Sequence record: OV876907
Length of the DNA: 64,000 nt
Reading direction: 5' to 3' (one strand)
DNA from: Escherichia phage UGJNEcP3
The notes beneath the pieces were generated by a model, which ran no database searches, was not told the DNA's origin, and worked only from the letters and a program-made list of their open reading frames with translations. Positions 27,901-37,247 of this stretch are shown in pieces. The first letter of the stretch is position 1; each line of letters opens with the position of its first letter. The translations under genes were made by a program, and so were the position numbers.

Positions 27901-27977
27901 TTCGTCATTCATAAAACCTCTTAAACTTTTTCGTATTCGTCATTCATAGCTTAAAAATCTGGATGTTCGTCTTTCAT
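27901..27977. repeat. three spaced copies of ttcgtcattcat (third degenerate) forming tandem 8-codon mini-ORFs
   Basis: copies at 27901-27912, 27936-27947, 27965-27977; minus-strand ATGAATGACGAA... each closed within 8 codons. Confidence 0.6.
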
Positions 27978-28180
27978 TAGCCACCTGTCCATGTTATCAT
28001 CGTTGCCACCACTTCTTAAGTTGATGTGAATCCACCCAAACCTTGGCTACAGGCTCAATCCGAAAAATTTCATCGGAATACTGCCCAACCATTTTATATT
28101 CGGTTTCAGTCTGCTTAATACAAATATTACCGTATGAGCGAAGTCTGAAGGCGGCTCCAATAAGAAGCCGTTTAAAGGGT

Positions 28181-28492
28181 TTATTTACTAGCGCCATTGA
28201 TAATTTCCCAAATCTGTTTACGCGTAGTTTCCCACATAACTCTAACGATTTCGTCAGTAGTTGGTTGACGGTAAATACCACGTAATTTAATTATAGCATA
28301 TTTGTAAGCTTCGAAATTGTTTTCGAGAACAGCGCCCTGAGCATGTGTATTAAGACGCTTAATTTCACGGGCATTCTTTTTAAGAATTTTGGCAGCTTGG
28401 GAAGCGGCTTCTTTAGCATTATTCTCTTCTAAACGCTTCTGGGCTTCTTCAATTTGCTCTTCGGTCAATTGAGAAATGTCGGTGCTTTGCAT
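28181..28492 (-). CDS. hypothetical protein (103 aa)
   Basis: ORF on dominant strand. Confidence 0.4.
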   Translation of the reverse strand: MQSTDISQLTEEQIEEAQKRLEENNAKEAASQAAKILKKNAREIKRLNTHAQGAVLENNFEAYKYAIIKLRGIYRQPTTDEIVRVMWETTRKQIWEIINGASK

Positions 28493-28493
28493 A

Positions 28494-28742
28494 TTAATCC
28501 TTGTAATTCAGTTTTATATAAAAATCTTCGTCGGTAACGTGATAGTTATAAGTTAATGTTCCTTTTTCAGCTTTAATTTCTACCGAATCAGGGTGTTTTG
28601 GGTCTATTACAATAGGAAGCTTGGCAATATCCTTAAGATACATTTTAAGAACATAAGGAATTGCCGAATACTCTCCATCTACTTCTTCTAAAAGGCCTAC
28701 CAGGTTAATCTTGAGTTCCATATAAAAAATCCAGCTCACCAA
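28494..28742 (-). CDS. hypothetical protein (82 aa or shorter)
   Basis: ORF; overlaps gene 55 3' end. Confidence 0.35.
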   Translation of the reverse strand: MVSWIFYMELKINLVGLLEEVDGEYSAIPYVLKMYLKDIAKLPIVIDPKHPDSVEIKAEKGTLTYNYHVTDEDFYIKLNYKD

Positions 28743-29262
28743 CTTTAGATTCGGCGCTCTTATCAGACCCTGGCGCTTTAACTAAAGAGGTTTCATACTG
28801 AGTCATTTTGTCGTAAATATCCTGGATAAAAGTTTCATCTGCGATACCTACCATGTCGTCGTCATTGGCGTCATAAACGTTATGGACGAAGTAGCTGTAT
28901 TTCTTTGCCATTTCTTTACGTTCTTTCTTGATACGCTGAACAAAGGCATTAAAACAAGCCATAGTGATATATGCATGTGGGTTGTCGTATTTTGTTTCGT
29001 CGAAGTTATGAAGACCTTTAATAGAGGCTTCGATTCCATCAGCAATCATTTCTTGCTTCCAAGATTGGGTATATCCGGAGAAGTTGAAACGCTTAGAAAG
29101 GCCTTCAGCAATGAGCATAATAGCCAAGCCGATAACGTCGTTCTGACGAACTATTTTATTAGGGTCGGTATTTTCTCGGAGTTCTGTTTTCCACTGGGTA
29201 ATGGCTTTCAGAAGCTCCTTATTATTTACATAGTTATTTTTAGTCAGTTTAATTTCGGTCAT
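28705..29262 (-). CDS. 55: late sigma factor gp55
   Basis: 185 aa; [10 protein letters not shown]...[55 protein letters not shown]... near-identical to T4 gp55 as recalled. Confidence 0.9.
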   Translation of the reverse strand: MTEIKLTKNNYVNNKELLKAITQWKTELRENTDPNKIVRQNDVIGLAIMLIAEGLSKRFNFSGYTQSWKQEMIADGIEASIKGLHNFDETKYDNPHAYITMACFNAFVQRIKKERKEMAKKYSYFVHNVYDANDDDMVGIADETFIQDIYDKMTQYETSLVKAPGSDKSAESKVGELDFLYGTQD

Positions 29263-29328
29263 TGTTACCTCAGATAACTCAAATCATAGGTCTATTATAT
29301 CATAGTATTTGGAGACCCGTTTAAAGCA

Positions 29329-29592
29329 TCAACGGAGTAAGCAATAAGCCTGAAATACTGTTTCAAGGATTTGTATGAACTCGGGATAAGAAATTGTATC
29401 AGTACATCCATGTTCGGACATATATCCGCAAAATTCTTTAAAAAGTTCCGGATAATCCCGATGGTTGTATTTGGAAATACGAGACTTCCATACTAAAGAA
29501 GTCTCACCACAAACAAACTCAACATCCATACAGTTATCTATTAAGAAAAATCCGAGACCTTCATAAGCGAGGGTGGTGGATATGGGTTTCAT
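29329..29592 (-). CDS. hypothetical protein (87 aa)
   Basis: ORF. Confidence 0.4.
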   Translation of the reverse strand: MKPISTTLAYEGLGFFLIDNCMDVEFVCGETSLVWKSRISKYNHRDYPELFKEFCGYMSEHGCTDTISYPEFIQILETVFQAYCLLR

Positions 29593-29855
29593 TGTAGGAA
29601 TCGAGCTCCTTCTAATGCATCATCAAGATTATCAAACTCATCGACGTAATCAATACCGCCAACTTCATCTTTAGCGTATAGCCAGTACCGTTTAAATTCA
29701 TATTCGATAATAAAGTGGTCACCTTCAATCTGGAGAGCCCCATCACCATTAAATTGGACTGCATAACCTGTAAAGCGGACATCATTCAGGAGTTCTTCTT
29801 TCATAGCAATCATTTCCAAGTTTTTATCGTAATTAGAGAGTTTTATTTTAATCAT
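29589..29855 (-). CDS. hypothetical protein (88 aa)
   Basis: ORF. Confidence 0.4.
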   Translation of the reverse strand: MIKIKLSNYDKNLEMIAMKEELLNDVRFTGYAVQFNGDGALQIEGDHFIIEYEFKRYWLYAKDEVGGIDYVDEFDNLDDALEGARFLQ

Positions 29856-30096
29856 TTAAATAATCCTCAAATTCATTTAATGTCATGCCTTCATCCCAAG
29901 CTATTTTAGGATCCGGCATTTTCATATAAGTGGTCTTAGAGCTTATAGGAAATATCCTAAAATCGCGATGACTTCCACTTAGCATATTAGCCGCTTTTAT
30001 AATGGTTTCACTATTATTCATCATAGGGGTACGTTGGAAACCGGCTAAAGCTTTAAGGACTATTATAACCGATACATCTTCAGGCAAATTACTCAT
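29848..30096 (-). CDS. hypothetical protein (82 aa)
   Basis: ORF. Confidence 0.4.
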   Translation of the reverse strand: MSNLPEDVSVIIVLKALAGFQRTPMMNNSETIIKAANMLSGSHRDFRIFPISSKTTYMKMPDPKIAWDEGMTLNEFEDYLND

Positions 30097-30422
30097 TTAG
30101 CTGCCTTAACAATTTTCAGGTCAACGAATTTTTTCTTACGTTGATTCTTCATACGACGGATGGTTTTGTCTGTGATTTCACCTGGCTGCCAAGCTTTAGA
30201 TTCGACACCAAAGGCGGCCACATCAAACTCGTCGAGAATATATTGAACCAGGATTTCACGAATACCGTTCTTACCAATTTTTTGGTCTTTAGAGTGCATG
30301 ATTGGTAACAGTTCAGCAACCCATTGGTCAAGAACCTGAGGAGTTACAAAGCCAGTTTTCATCAGTTCATTAACTTTATCGAAAGCGAAAGAGTTCAGTA
30401 CGTTTTTAATAGCTTGTGACAT
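30093..30422 (-). CDS. hypothetical protein (109 aa)
   Basis: ORF. Confidence 0.45.
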   Translation of the reverse strand: MSQAIKNVLNSFAFDKVNELMKTGFVTPQVLDQWVAELLPIMHSKDQKIGKNGIREILVQYILDEFDVAAFGVESKAWQPGEITDKTIRRMKNQRKKKFVDLKIVKAAK

Positions 30423-30491
30423 AATAATTTCCTCAGTTTAAAAATTTATAATCCGTAGGACCATTATACTCTGGTCCCAAGAGTTTGTAAA

Positions 30492-30692
30492 CTATTTTTG
30501 TGCTAATGCACCTTTCCAACCTTCATACATCATTGCGGCTGATATTAATATTGCTCCTGCGCATTTTGAATATTTGTTATTCCAAAACCAGTTTAGAAAA
30601 ACTTCGTCATCAATACCTTGAGCTATCATATTTTCAAAGAACTGACGACGGGCTTCAGCAATTCGTTGTGATAATTTAGATTCAGGATTCAT
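30492..30692 (-). CDS. hypothetical protein (66 aa)
   Basis: ORF. Confidence 0.35.
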   Translation of the reverse strand: MNPESKLSQRIAEARRQFFENMIAQGIDDEVFLNWFWNNKYSKCAGAILISAAMMYEGWKGALAQK

Positions 30693-30824
30693 TTAAATTT
30701 TCCAGTTGCCGTTTTCATCAATAAATTTAATCCAGTCATTTACTGACCACTTAGTCGTATCGCCTTTTGGAGTAACATTTAAAGTGTATAATCCTTGTTT
30801 AAAAAGCATACGTTTGATATTCAT
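30693..30824 (-). CDS. small hypothetical protein (43 aa from internal ATG)
   Basis: ATG 30824 with SD GAGGAAAA; track ORF extension overlaps upstream gene. Confidence 0.3.
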   Translation of the reverse strand: MNIKRMLFKQGLYTLNVTPKGDTTKWSVNDWIKFIDENGNWKI

Positions 30825-30831
30825 ATTTTCC

Positions 30832-31125
30832 TCAGCTGTAACGATAGCATTCGTTTGATTTACGTTTTGCAACTCGATGAGAAGTATTGTAATCGGGTTC
30901 ATCGTCGCTGTAAACATCTTTTTTCAGTTTTCTCACTTCTTTACGAAGTTGGCGGTTCATTTCATTCTTAACTTCAGAATCAACGCCGCTAAAGCGTTTC
31001 CATTTATCTGACCGGAAGATATTTTCATTCAAAGTTTCTTCCGATACGCCATCAGGTGCTTTACGTCTAGCAATGCAATTAAAATCTCTAGATGGCAATT
31101 CTTTACGACGGATAGTTTTACCCAT
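30832..31125 (-). CDS. hypothetical basic protein (97 aa)
   Basis: ORF. Confidence 0.4.
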   Translation of the reverse strand: MGKTIRRKELPSRDFNCIARRKAPDGVSEETLNENIFRSDKWKRFSGVDSEVKNEMNRQLRKEVRKLKKDVYSDDEPDYNTSHRVAKRKSNECYRYS

Positions 31126-31127
31126 AG

Positions 31128-31382
31128 TTACCTCAACAGTTTGTATCCAATAAGGTTTTTAATGTACTGGATGTCTTTGATATCCAAATCCAACTTAAGG
31201 TCTTTCAGACGGTCGGCCAGGGTCAAAAAGGTTACATGCTTCCAATTCTTAACAGGACAGCAATAAGTCTTAGGACCATTTGCAATTTCAATATTCTTAT
31301 CAGTGACGGTGAGAAAAATTAGGCGCTCATCATCCAGATTAAGGGTGATGACATTTTTCATTGAATGCAATTTCAGGCTCAT
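31128..31382 (-). CDS. hypothetical protein (84 aa)
   Basis: ORF. Confidence 0.4.
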   Translation of the reverse strand: MSLKLHSMKNVITLNLDDERLIFLTVTDKNIEIANGPKTYCCPVKNWKHVTFLTLADRLKDLKLDLDIKDIQYIKNLIGYKLLR

Positions 31383-31614
31383 AATTTAATTTCCTTAGCT
31401 ATCGAACAAAATACACCACGGTCACAAATCATTTTAATATTAAGGTCAATTATGGTATACCACACGTCTAGGCTAGATATTTCAGTTACTAGAACAGCTT
31501 TGCCGTTGATTGAATAATACTGGTTGACTTTAATTTCTTTATCTTGGATAGTCATAATGTTCTCCTCATGTGTTGATAGGATAGACTATAACACGTGAGG
31601 AGAGGAAGTAAACA

Positions 31615-31932
31615 CTAATCTTCAATTAAATCTCGGTCATAGCCAAGCTCAATCAAAAGGGATTTGAAGGCAGGAATATTTTCTATTTTCTTATTATCAA
31701 CAAAGATTACAGGATAGCGTATAGCTAAGCTCTTGAAGCCGGCACGTTTGGCCAATGATACTATAAGAGGCTTGTCATATACTGCGCCTGACGGCGTCTG
31801 GTTAATCACAGGATAGAAAGTATGTGGGATAGAAAGGGAATTTAGGAGCGATAGAACTGCAATGCACCCTGGACAGCGCATGACTGCCTCAGGGATACCG
31901 TAAATCTCAATTTTAGTTAACTTTTGGTCCAC
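31615..31932 (-). CDS. glutaredoxin/thioredoxin-like protein (CPGC motif)
   Basis: KIEIYGIPEAVMRCPGC; probable GTG start at 31932 with SD AAGGAG 9 nt upstream; track start further upstream. Confidence 0.4.
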   Translation of the reverse strand: MDQKLTKIEIYGIPEAVMRCPGCIAVLSLLNSLSIPHTFYPVINQTPSGAVYDKPLIVSLAKRAGFKSLAIRYPVIFVDNKKIENIPAFKSLLIELGYDRDLIED

Positions 31933-32209
31933 AGGAAATAACTCCTTGGTAGTCCCAAGTTTTGATAACTTCGTCTTCATTAGTTCCGTATGGGACGTAA
32001 ATCTGGATAAGGAAACCCGTGTCATCAAAAGAGAAATAAACCGTTGGTTTAATACCATGAATCTCTGACAGAGCATAGATGTCCTTAAGGTCGTCTTCCT
32101 TACCTTTAAAGAATTCAGGGTTCAGGTCACAGTCATGGAAGTACCAGTCATTACCGAACTTGTCCCATGCGGTCCAATTCAAAGCTACATACTCTTCAAA
32201 ACGTTTCAT
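31913..32209 (-). CDS. hypothetical protein (98 aa)
   Basis: ORF. Confidence 0.4.
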   Translation of the reverse strand: MKRFEEYVALNWTAWDKFGNDWYFHDCDLNPEFFKGKEDDLKDIYALSEIHGIKPTVYFSFDDTGFLIQIYVPYGTNEDEVIKTWDYQGVISCGPKVN

Positions 32210-32433
32210 TCTTTCACCTTCATCATTTTAGAAATAACACTATGAACAGCCTGGATTCGTTTGTCGAACTCAGTCCCTTCAAGACCCTTTTCAGTACTCA
32301 ATGCACCAATAATAACGAACAGCACTCCAAATGGGATAACCAGGATTAAAAGGCACACAATAAACAGGACAAATGTAATATTGGCCAGGATATCAGAAGC
32401 AGCATTACGAAATTTATTCATACGATAGTCCAT
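32206..32433 (-). CDS. small membrane protein (75 aa)
   Basis: long hydrophobic segment. Confidence 0.4.
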   Translation of the reverse strand: MDYRMNKFRNAASDILANITFVLFIVCLLILVIPFGVLFVIIGALSTEKGLEGTEFDKRIQAVHSVISKMMKVKE

Positions 32434-32527
32434 GTATTAGTTACAACAAATAACCATTGAGCAGGATACTCAACACCCATGCGCCGGATAATATCGTTCA
32501 TAGATTCGGTTAAGGCATAAAAATTAA

Positions 32528-33001
32528 TCATTTAAGCGATTTCCTCAGTTGTTTTTTAAATGAATCGACCATTTGTTTCTTTGTGTCAGATTCATTATAA
32601 GTCATTCCGTGTGAAAGCATTTCAGCAATCATTTCTTCCTTACCTAATCTACTGAACTCTTTGGTTTTATCAGGAACGAAATTAGGATGGATATTGTTTT
32701 CAGTATAATCAGATTTCAGATAGACAAGCAAATTCTCTAACCATTCGAGGTAGTCAACGTTTTGACCTTTAAGACCAGAGCGGTTAAACTTATGCTTCAT
32801 TTGTCCTTCTGCGGCATTACACAGGTTGCATAGTAACCCACGAACCTTACCAGCTTTTGGCCCGTTTAATTCGTGGTCATGGTCAAGGTGGTTGCTTTGA
32901 ACATCAGGGTTTAATTCACGGGTACAGATTAAACACTTACCATCCTGTGCATCATAAAGTTTTTGTTTTTCTTCTTTGTATAATTTACCAGTCAACAACA
33001 T
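32528..33001 (-). CDS. 49: endonuclease VII (gene 49, Holliday-junction resolvase)
   Basis: 157 aa; MLLTGKLYKEEKQK...CLICTRELNP...HLDHDHELNGPKAGKVRGLLCNLCNAAEG... near-identical to T4 gp49 as recalled. Confidence 0.9.
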   Translation of the reverse strand: MLLTGKLYKEEKQKLYDAQDGKCLICTRELNPDVQSNHLDHDHELNGPKAGKVRGLLCNLCNAAEGQMKHKFNRSGLKGQNVDYLEWLENLLVYLKSDYTENNIHPNFVPDKTKEFSRLGKEEMIAEMLSHGMTYNESDTKKQMVDSFKKQLRKSLK

Positions 33002-33212
33002 AATAAACCCTTACCTGTATTAGATAAGGGTATTTATTAAACATTATAAAATGAGCGATGCAACCGTTTAAATTGACGAATCATCTTTTTAGTAGGACGA
33101 GTATACAATCCAATACAGGTGGCCATAAACTGGTCGGTAGGACTTCCTTTAATAAGAAGTTTCCAGACTTTGTCACCATTTAACTTTTCGGTATAGACTA
33201 ATTTAGTTTTCA

Positions 33213-33641
33213 TCAGAATGCCTCATCAGAATAGCGAAGTTGAGCTTCAAGCCAATGGATATAATCAGCTGCGGCAGCAATCAGATTTGATTCCTGGTCT
33301 GGTAATGAACCGGAATCTGCTAGTTCATAAAGTGAATTCTCAATCAAACGACCTTTATGACGTCCTGGGTGGTGACGTTCTTCAAATTCTTCAACTTCTT
33401 TAAGTTGATTCATTGTGGCATTGCAATAGAAGCACCAGAAGCAAGATTCGCGACTATTTACATGGAGATACACGCCATTCTTAATTTTAACAGAAGTAAT
33501 ACCATCCGCATAATCAAGGTCACGAGCGGCAGTGGTAATAACCTTGAATACAACACCCTTCTTCAATTCAGGAAACTGCATCAGCAACTCTTCATCGTCG
33601 GCGATGATTTCAAATACTTTATTCACTAAATTCATACCCAA
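33213..33641 (-). CDS. hypothetical protein (142 aa)
   Basis: ORF. Confidence 0.45.
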   Translation of the reverse strand: MGMNLVNKVFEIIADDEELLMQFPELKKGVVFKVITTAARDLDYADGITSVKIKNGVYLHVNSRESCFWCFYCNATMNQLKEVEEFEERHHPGRHKGRLIENSLYELADSGSLPDQESNLIAAAADYIHWLEAQLRYSDEAF

Positions 33642-33751
33642 ACTCCATATCGATTAAATCATTGTTTGAAGGTTCATTATAATCTATTTCGGAACCGTTG
33701 TAAACCGGTTCCTCTGGCTCGGTAGTTTCCCACCGAGCGACATACCACGGC

Positions 33752-34060
33752 TTAACGGTCACACCACCAACTCGATACTTCAAAATCAGGCTCGCCGTTT
33801 TCCCAATACCAAGGGCCAACTGGATGCCAATCGCCATGCTCATCTTCTTCAAATTCTTCAGATTCTAGCCCAACGTATTGCCATTGGACTTCATAAGCAG
33901 TGCCACCGATTACAACAGTATTCTCGCCATATGGGTTAGCCACAACAAAATCAATACCTTCTGCTTTAGCCAACCAAACCATATATTCGTATAGCTTATA
34001 TTCCAGGTCATCTTCGGTACCATCACCTAGAAAAATAGTCTGTTCATTTAATTCAATCAT
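33752..34060 (-). CDS. hypothetical acidic protein (102 aa)
   Basis: ATG with SD GGAG; ATGA overlap with upstream ORF. Confidence 0.45.
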   Translation of the reverse strand: MIELNEQTIFLGDGTEDDLEYKLYEYMVWLAKAEGIDFVVANPYGENTVVIGGTAYEVQWQYVGLESEEFEEDEHGDWHPVGPWYWENGEPDFEVSSWWCDR

Positions 34061-34302
34061 AACTCCGCCATAAATTCAAATAGTTGGTCACGTACACAGG
34101 TATCAGTCCAGCCCCATTCGGTGGCTTCTTCTTTTAACCAAACCGGGAGATTTGCCAATACGGTTTCTTTACTAGGGGCAGGAGTATCAAACTCTCCTGC
34201 GCAGGTTTCATAAGCTGTATCAAATTCAGTCATTTGAAGTTCCAGAATGAAGCACCAACCAGAAATAAAGGCCAACAAATCATTGACGTCAACCACCAAC
34301 AA
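34057..34302 (-). CDS. hypothetical protein (81 aa)
   Basis: ORF. Confidence 0.4.
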   Translation of the reverse strand: MLVVDVNDLLAFISGWCFILELQMTEFDTAYETCAGEFDTPAPSKETVLANLPVWLKEEATEWGWTDTCVRDQLFEFMAEL

Positions 34303-34387
34303 AAATCACCGGAATCATCCAATTTAGCTAGGGTCTTAGCATAACCAATGCCAATGATAAGATACAAAATAACTAATGATAATTCAA

Positions 34388-34651
34388 TCATTTGAAATAT
34401 GCTCGCAGTTGGTCAAAGCCGCCAATAGAAGTTCCGTCCGGAGCAAATACCTGAGGCATAGTCAAACCCACCTGAGATTCACGTCCAAGAGCGGCCAGGA
34501 GTTCAGCAATCTTCTCATCATCAAACACACCTTTTTCTGGCATAATGTTGATGAATTCGTAAGGTTGTTTCTTAACATCCAAAAAACGTTTAGCATTATC
34601 ACAGAAAACACAACGATGAATATTTGAATCATAACCATAAATTTTAAACAT
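34388..34651 (-). CDS. nrdC: thioredoxin/glutaredoxin NrdC
   Basis: 87 aa; MFKIYGYDSNIHRCVFCDNAKR...IMPEKGVFDDEKIAELL... matches T4 NrdC as recalled; CxxC. Confidence 0.85.
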   Translation of the reverse strand: MFKIYGYDSNIHRCVFCDNAKRFLDVKKQPYEFINIMPEKGVFDDEKIAELLAALGRESQVGLTMPQVFAPDGTSIGGFDQLRAYFK

Positions 34652-34652
34652 T

Positions 34653-34889
34653 TTAAATTCCTAATACTTGTTTGAAGGTCTCAGTATAATCCGGGTATTG
34701 ACCGGTTTGTTCTTTATGTTTGTCCATAATATCATAAACTTCTGAACGCATATTATTATATGAGCGAGTTAAAGCAGATTTCAATACTGAATAACTGTCT
34801 GGGAATTTACCATGCTCTTTATAATAAGCCAGAGTAAGTTCACGAACCGCCTTATCGGCGGCCTCTACATATTCTTTACGCTTTGCCAT
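34653..34889 (-). CDS. hypothetical protein (78 aa from internal ATG)
   Basis: track ORF overlaps upstream gene; internal ATG at 34889. Confidence 0.35.
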   Translation of the reverse strand: MAKRKEYVEAADKAVRELTLAYYKEHGKFPDSYSVLKSALTRSYNNMRSEVYDIMDKHKEQTGQYPDYTETFKQVLGI

Positions 34890-35097
34890 TATCTTCTCGC
34901 TCAAATTTATGTTTGCAATGTCGGCATTTGTAACGAAGATTACTAGACTGCCAATGGACCAGTTGGACTTGTTCGGTTCCGCATTCCGGACAGTTAGGAA
35001 CATTCTTGGAAGCTTGTTCACGGCGATGAACCATAGCCATCACAGCATCCCAATCAGGAATAGTTTGGTCAATATCGTCAGCTAATTGATATTTCAT
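34876..35097 (-). CDS. zinc-ribbon protein (73 aa)
   Basis: CPECG...CRHCKH. Confidence 0.4.
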   Translation of the reverse strand: MKYQLADDIDQTIPDWDAVMAMVHRREQASKNVPNCPECGTEQVQLVHWQSSNLRYKCRHCKHKFEREDNGKA

Positions 35098-36104
35098 TTC
35101 AACAGCTCCAGAGCTTGTTCAAGGCGGTCTAAACGATTAGTAGACTCTTCCCAAAGTTTCTTGGCAGCAGTATATTGTCCAGTCAGTTTTTTGTTAATAG
35201 CAAGGGCGTCTTTATACGCTTTTTCCAGAGCAACGACTTCTGGTAACTTGGATTTAGTAATTGGTGTAGGGACCATGATAGGGCTGTTCAAGTCGTTAAT
35301 CAAGTCTTCTAATGTAGCAGGCTCTTTATCAGTATTCACAATTTCCTCACATTTTTCTTGGTAAATTTCAGCATCGGTTTTTGGAACATGACATTTGATT
35401 TCACGGACTGTTACTAAAACTTCATATCCTTTCCAGCCTAAGTGGTGTTTAACTTCTTGGGTCTCATATTTCTCTACGGTATCCATCAGAGCTAAAGCCT
35501 GTTCGATAGTATTCAAGGTATCGTAAGCAATATCTTGATACTTTACAACTTCTGGCTCATCTTTAGGTTTCCGGTTTGGTGACCAGATAACGGAAATAAG
35601 CACCTTTCCTTTATAGGCGTTTGTTTTAATCATGCAATTTGCCATAGGATGAATGGTGCGGCTATCACCAGCAACTACTGTTTTAGTGGCGGCTTTGAGG
35701 ATTAATGCAGAGTTAGCCTTGAATTCAGCGGCCCAACGTTGTGGAAATAAACTACTAGGGTCCATACCTTTAATTTTGACATAACCTTTTATGGTATCGC
35801 CAAACCATTTGTAGCTAACAACATGGCTAGAACCAGGATATTTCTCTCTACCAAACTCAGAAAGGATGTCCTTATTGACCAGCCGCGAAAGCAGTCGAGA
35901 ACCTTTAAATGTATCTACGATATCATTAATAAACAAGCGACCCGCGATCTTTTCGATTTCAGCTTTGAAACAGCGCGATAATGCATCATCAATTTGGTCG
36001 ACCCATTTATTGATATTAGAAACTATTACCACATATGGGGTTAATGGAGGGGTATTGGCAGTGATATACGTAGTAAAGGCATTGATGTATTCGGTACGAG
36101 TCAT
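35094..36104 (-). CDS. hypothetical protein (336 aa)
   Basis: large ORF; no motif recognised. Confidence 0.5.
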   Translation of the reverse strand: MTRTEYINAFTTYITANTPPLTPYVVIVSNINKWVDQIDDALSRCFKAEIEKIAGRLFINDIVDTFKGSRLLSRLVNKDILSEFGREKYPGSSHVVSYKWFGDTIKGYVKIKGMDPSSLFPQRWAAEFKANSALILKAATKTVVAGDSRTIHPMANCMIKTNAYKGKVLISVIWSPNRKPKDEPEVVKYQDIAYDTLNTIEQALALMDTVEKYETQEVKHHLGWKGYEVLVTVREIKCHVPKTDAEIYQEKCEEIVNTDKEPATLEDLINDLNSPIMVPTPITKSKLPEVVALEKAYKDALAINKKLTGQYTAAKKLWEESTNRLDRLEQALELLK

Positions 36105-36161
36105 GATATTCTCCTCAAGTTGATAGAAAGATTATACTCCATCCGTCCTTGGATGTAAACA

Positions 36162-37067
36162 TTATTTTAGAGCTAATACTGCAGCGCGAAGCTTATCACG
36201 TTGGAGTTCCATGTTCTTGATGCGAATCAATACGTCTTGAATGCTCTTTTTCTCATCTTCAATCTGACCATTTAAACGGTGGATTGATTCCTGAATGCTA
36301 TCTGCATAATAGGTCTCAATAGGTTTCATCGTAGGGTTAGTAACAACCAAAGAATTATCAGGTTTAATTTTCCAATGATATGGTTCGGAATTGAATGGAC
36401 TAGGCACAGCAGTGGTTTTGAATTTGTCATAGGCTGCATACTGGGCTACACTGTCACATGATACTGTAGAGGTAGCGATAGATATACGACGTTCCATTTG
36501 TGGGTCCTTTTGTTGGGATTGATAAGGGGCATAAGACAAAAGATATTCACGAGTTAGTTTAACATTAAAATACACCGCATCAGCCCGTCCAGAACAATCA
36601 GCATATTCATCGGTTGTAACTTTATATGATTCTACGGCCTTAATACGAGTCATTGCTTCTCTGAATAAGGTTTCGAATGCTTCACGAAGGGCCTTATTAC
36701 CTTTTGAGGTAGGACGGAAACGAACTTGAATACCGTCAGCCAGAATATTAATGACTAGGTTACGAGCCGTAAAATTAATACTTTTGATATTAACAGGAAC
36801 CGTAGAAATACGTCCTGCGGTAGCCAAGAGGTCTTTGATATTAGCCCGCAATGTTGCACCAAACAGGTGGGCTGGGCAACGGCAATAATCGTTCAAAGAA
36901 CCGATATAAGTTCCTTTACGTCCTACACCATAAGTATAATTACCATTACGAATATAGCCAAAGTCGGCTAGCCGATCGATAGCGATACGACGAGTCGTGT
37001 CATGGTCGTATATAGAGTATTCTTTACGTGTTTTAATGTTCATATTAAAGTCCAAATAATTTTTCAT
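36162..37067 (-). CDS. hypothetical protein (301 aa)
   Basis: large ORF; no motif recognised. Confidence 0.5.
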   Translation of the reverse strand: MKNYLDFNMNIKTRKEYSIYDHDTTRRIAIDRLADFGYIRNGNYTYGVGRKGTYIGSLNDYCRCPAHLFGATLRANIKDLLATAGRISTVPVNIKSINFTARNLVINILADGIQVRFRPTSKGNKALREAFETLFREAMTRIKAVESYKVTTDEYADCSGRADAVYFNVKLTREYLLSYAPYQSQQKDPQMERRISIATSTVSCDSVAQYAAYDKFKTTAVPSPFNSEPYHWKIKPDNSLVVTNPTMKPIETYYADSIQESIHRLNGQIEDEKKSIQDVLIRIKNMELQRDKLRAAVLALK

Positions 37068-37245
37068 AGAATTTAGCGATTGGCCAGGTTATAATAAAAA
37101 CTATCCCAAACATAACAAGAACTGGCCAGATAAAGGTGGCAAACACTGCTTCACCACCTGAGTTAATTTCCATATGATTACGACCAATAAGGACAGTAAT
37201 GAATCCTAATGCAAGGTACAGAAGAATAAAACCTGCGATTTCCAT
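37045..37245 (-). CDS. small membrane protein (66 aa)
   Basis: two hydrophobic segments. Confidence 0.4.
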   Translation of the reverse strand: MEIAGFILLYLALGFITVLIGRNHMEINSGGEAVFATFIWPVLVMFGIVFIITWPIAKFYEKLFGL

Positions 37246-37247
37246 AA

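Noticed and set aside
27997-28281. 94-aa ORF overlapping 28181..28492
   Set aside because: Large out-of-frame overlap with a neighbouring ORF of similar quality; not possible to choose confidently, so only the downstream-consistent ORF was annotated.
33619-33852. 77-aa minus-strand ORF overlapping 33752..34060 by about 90 nt
   Set aside because: Begins with a non-ATG codon, overlaps a better-supported ORF extensively and has no SD; treated as spurious, though not excluded.
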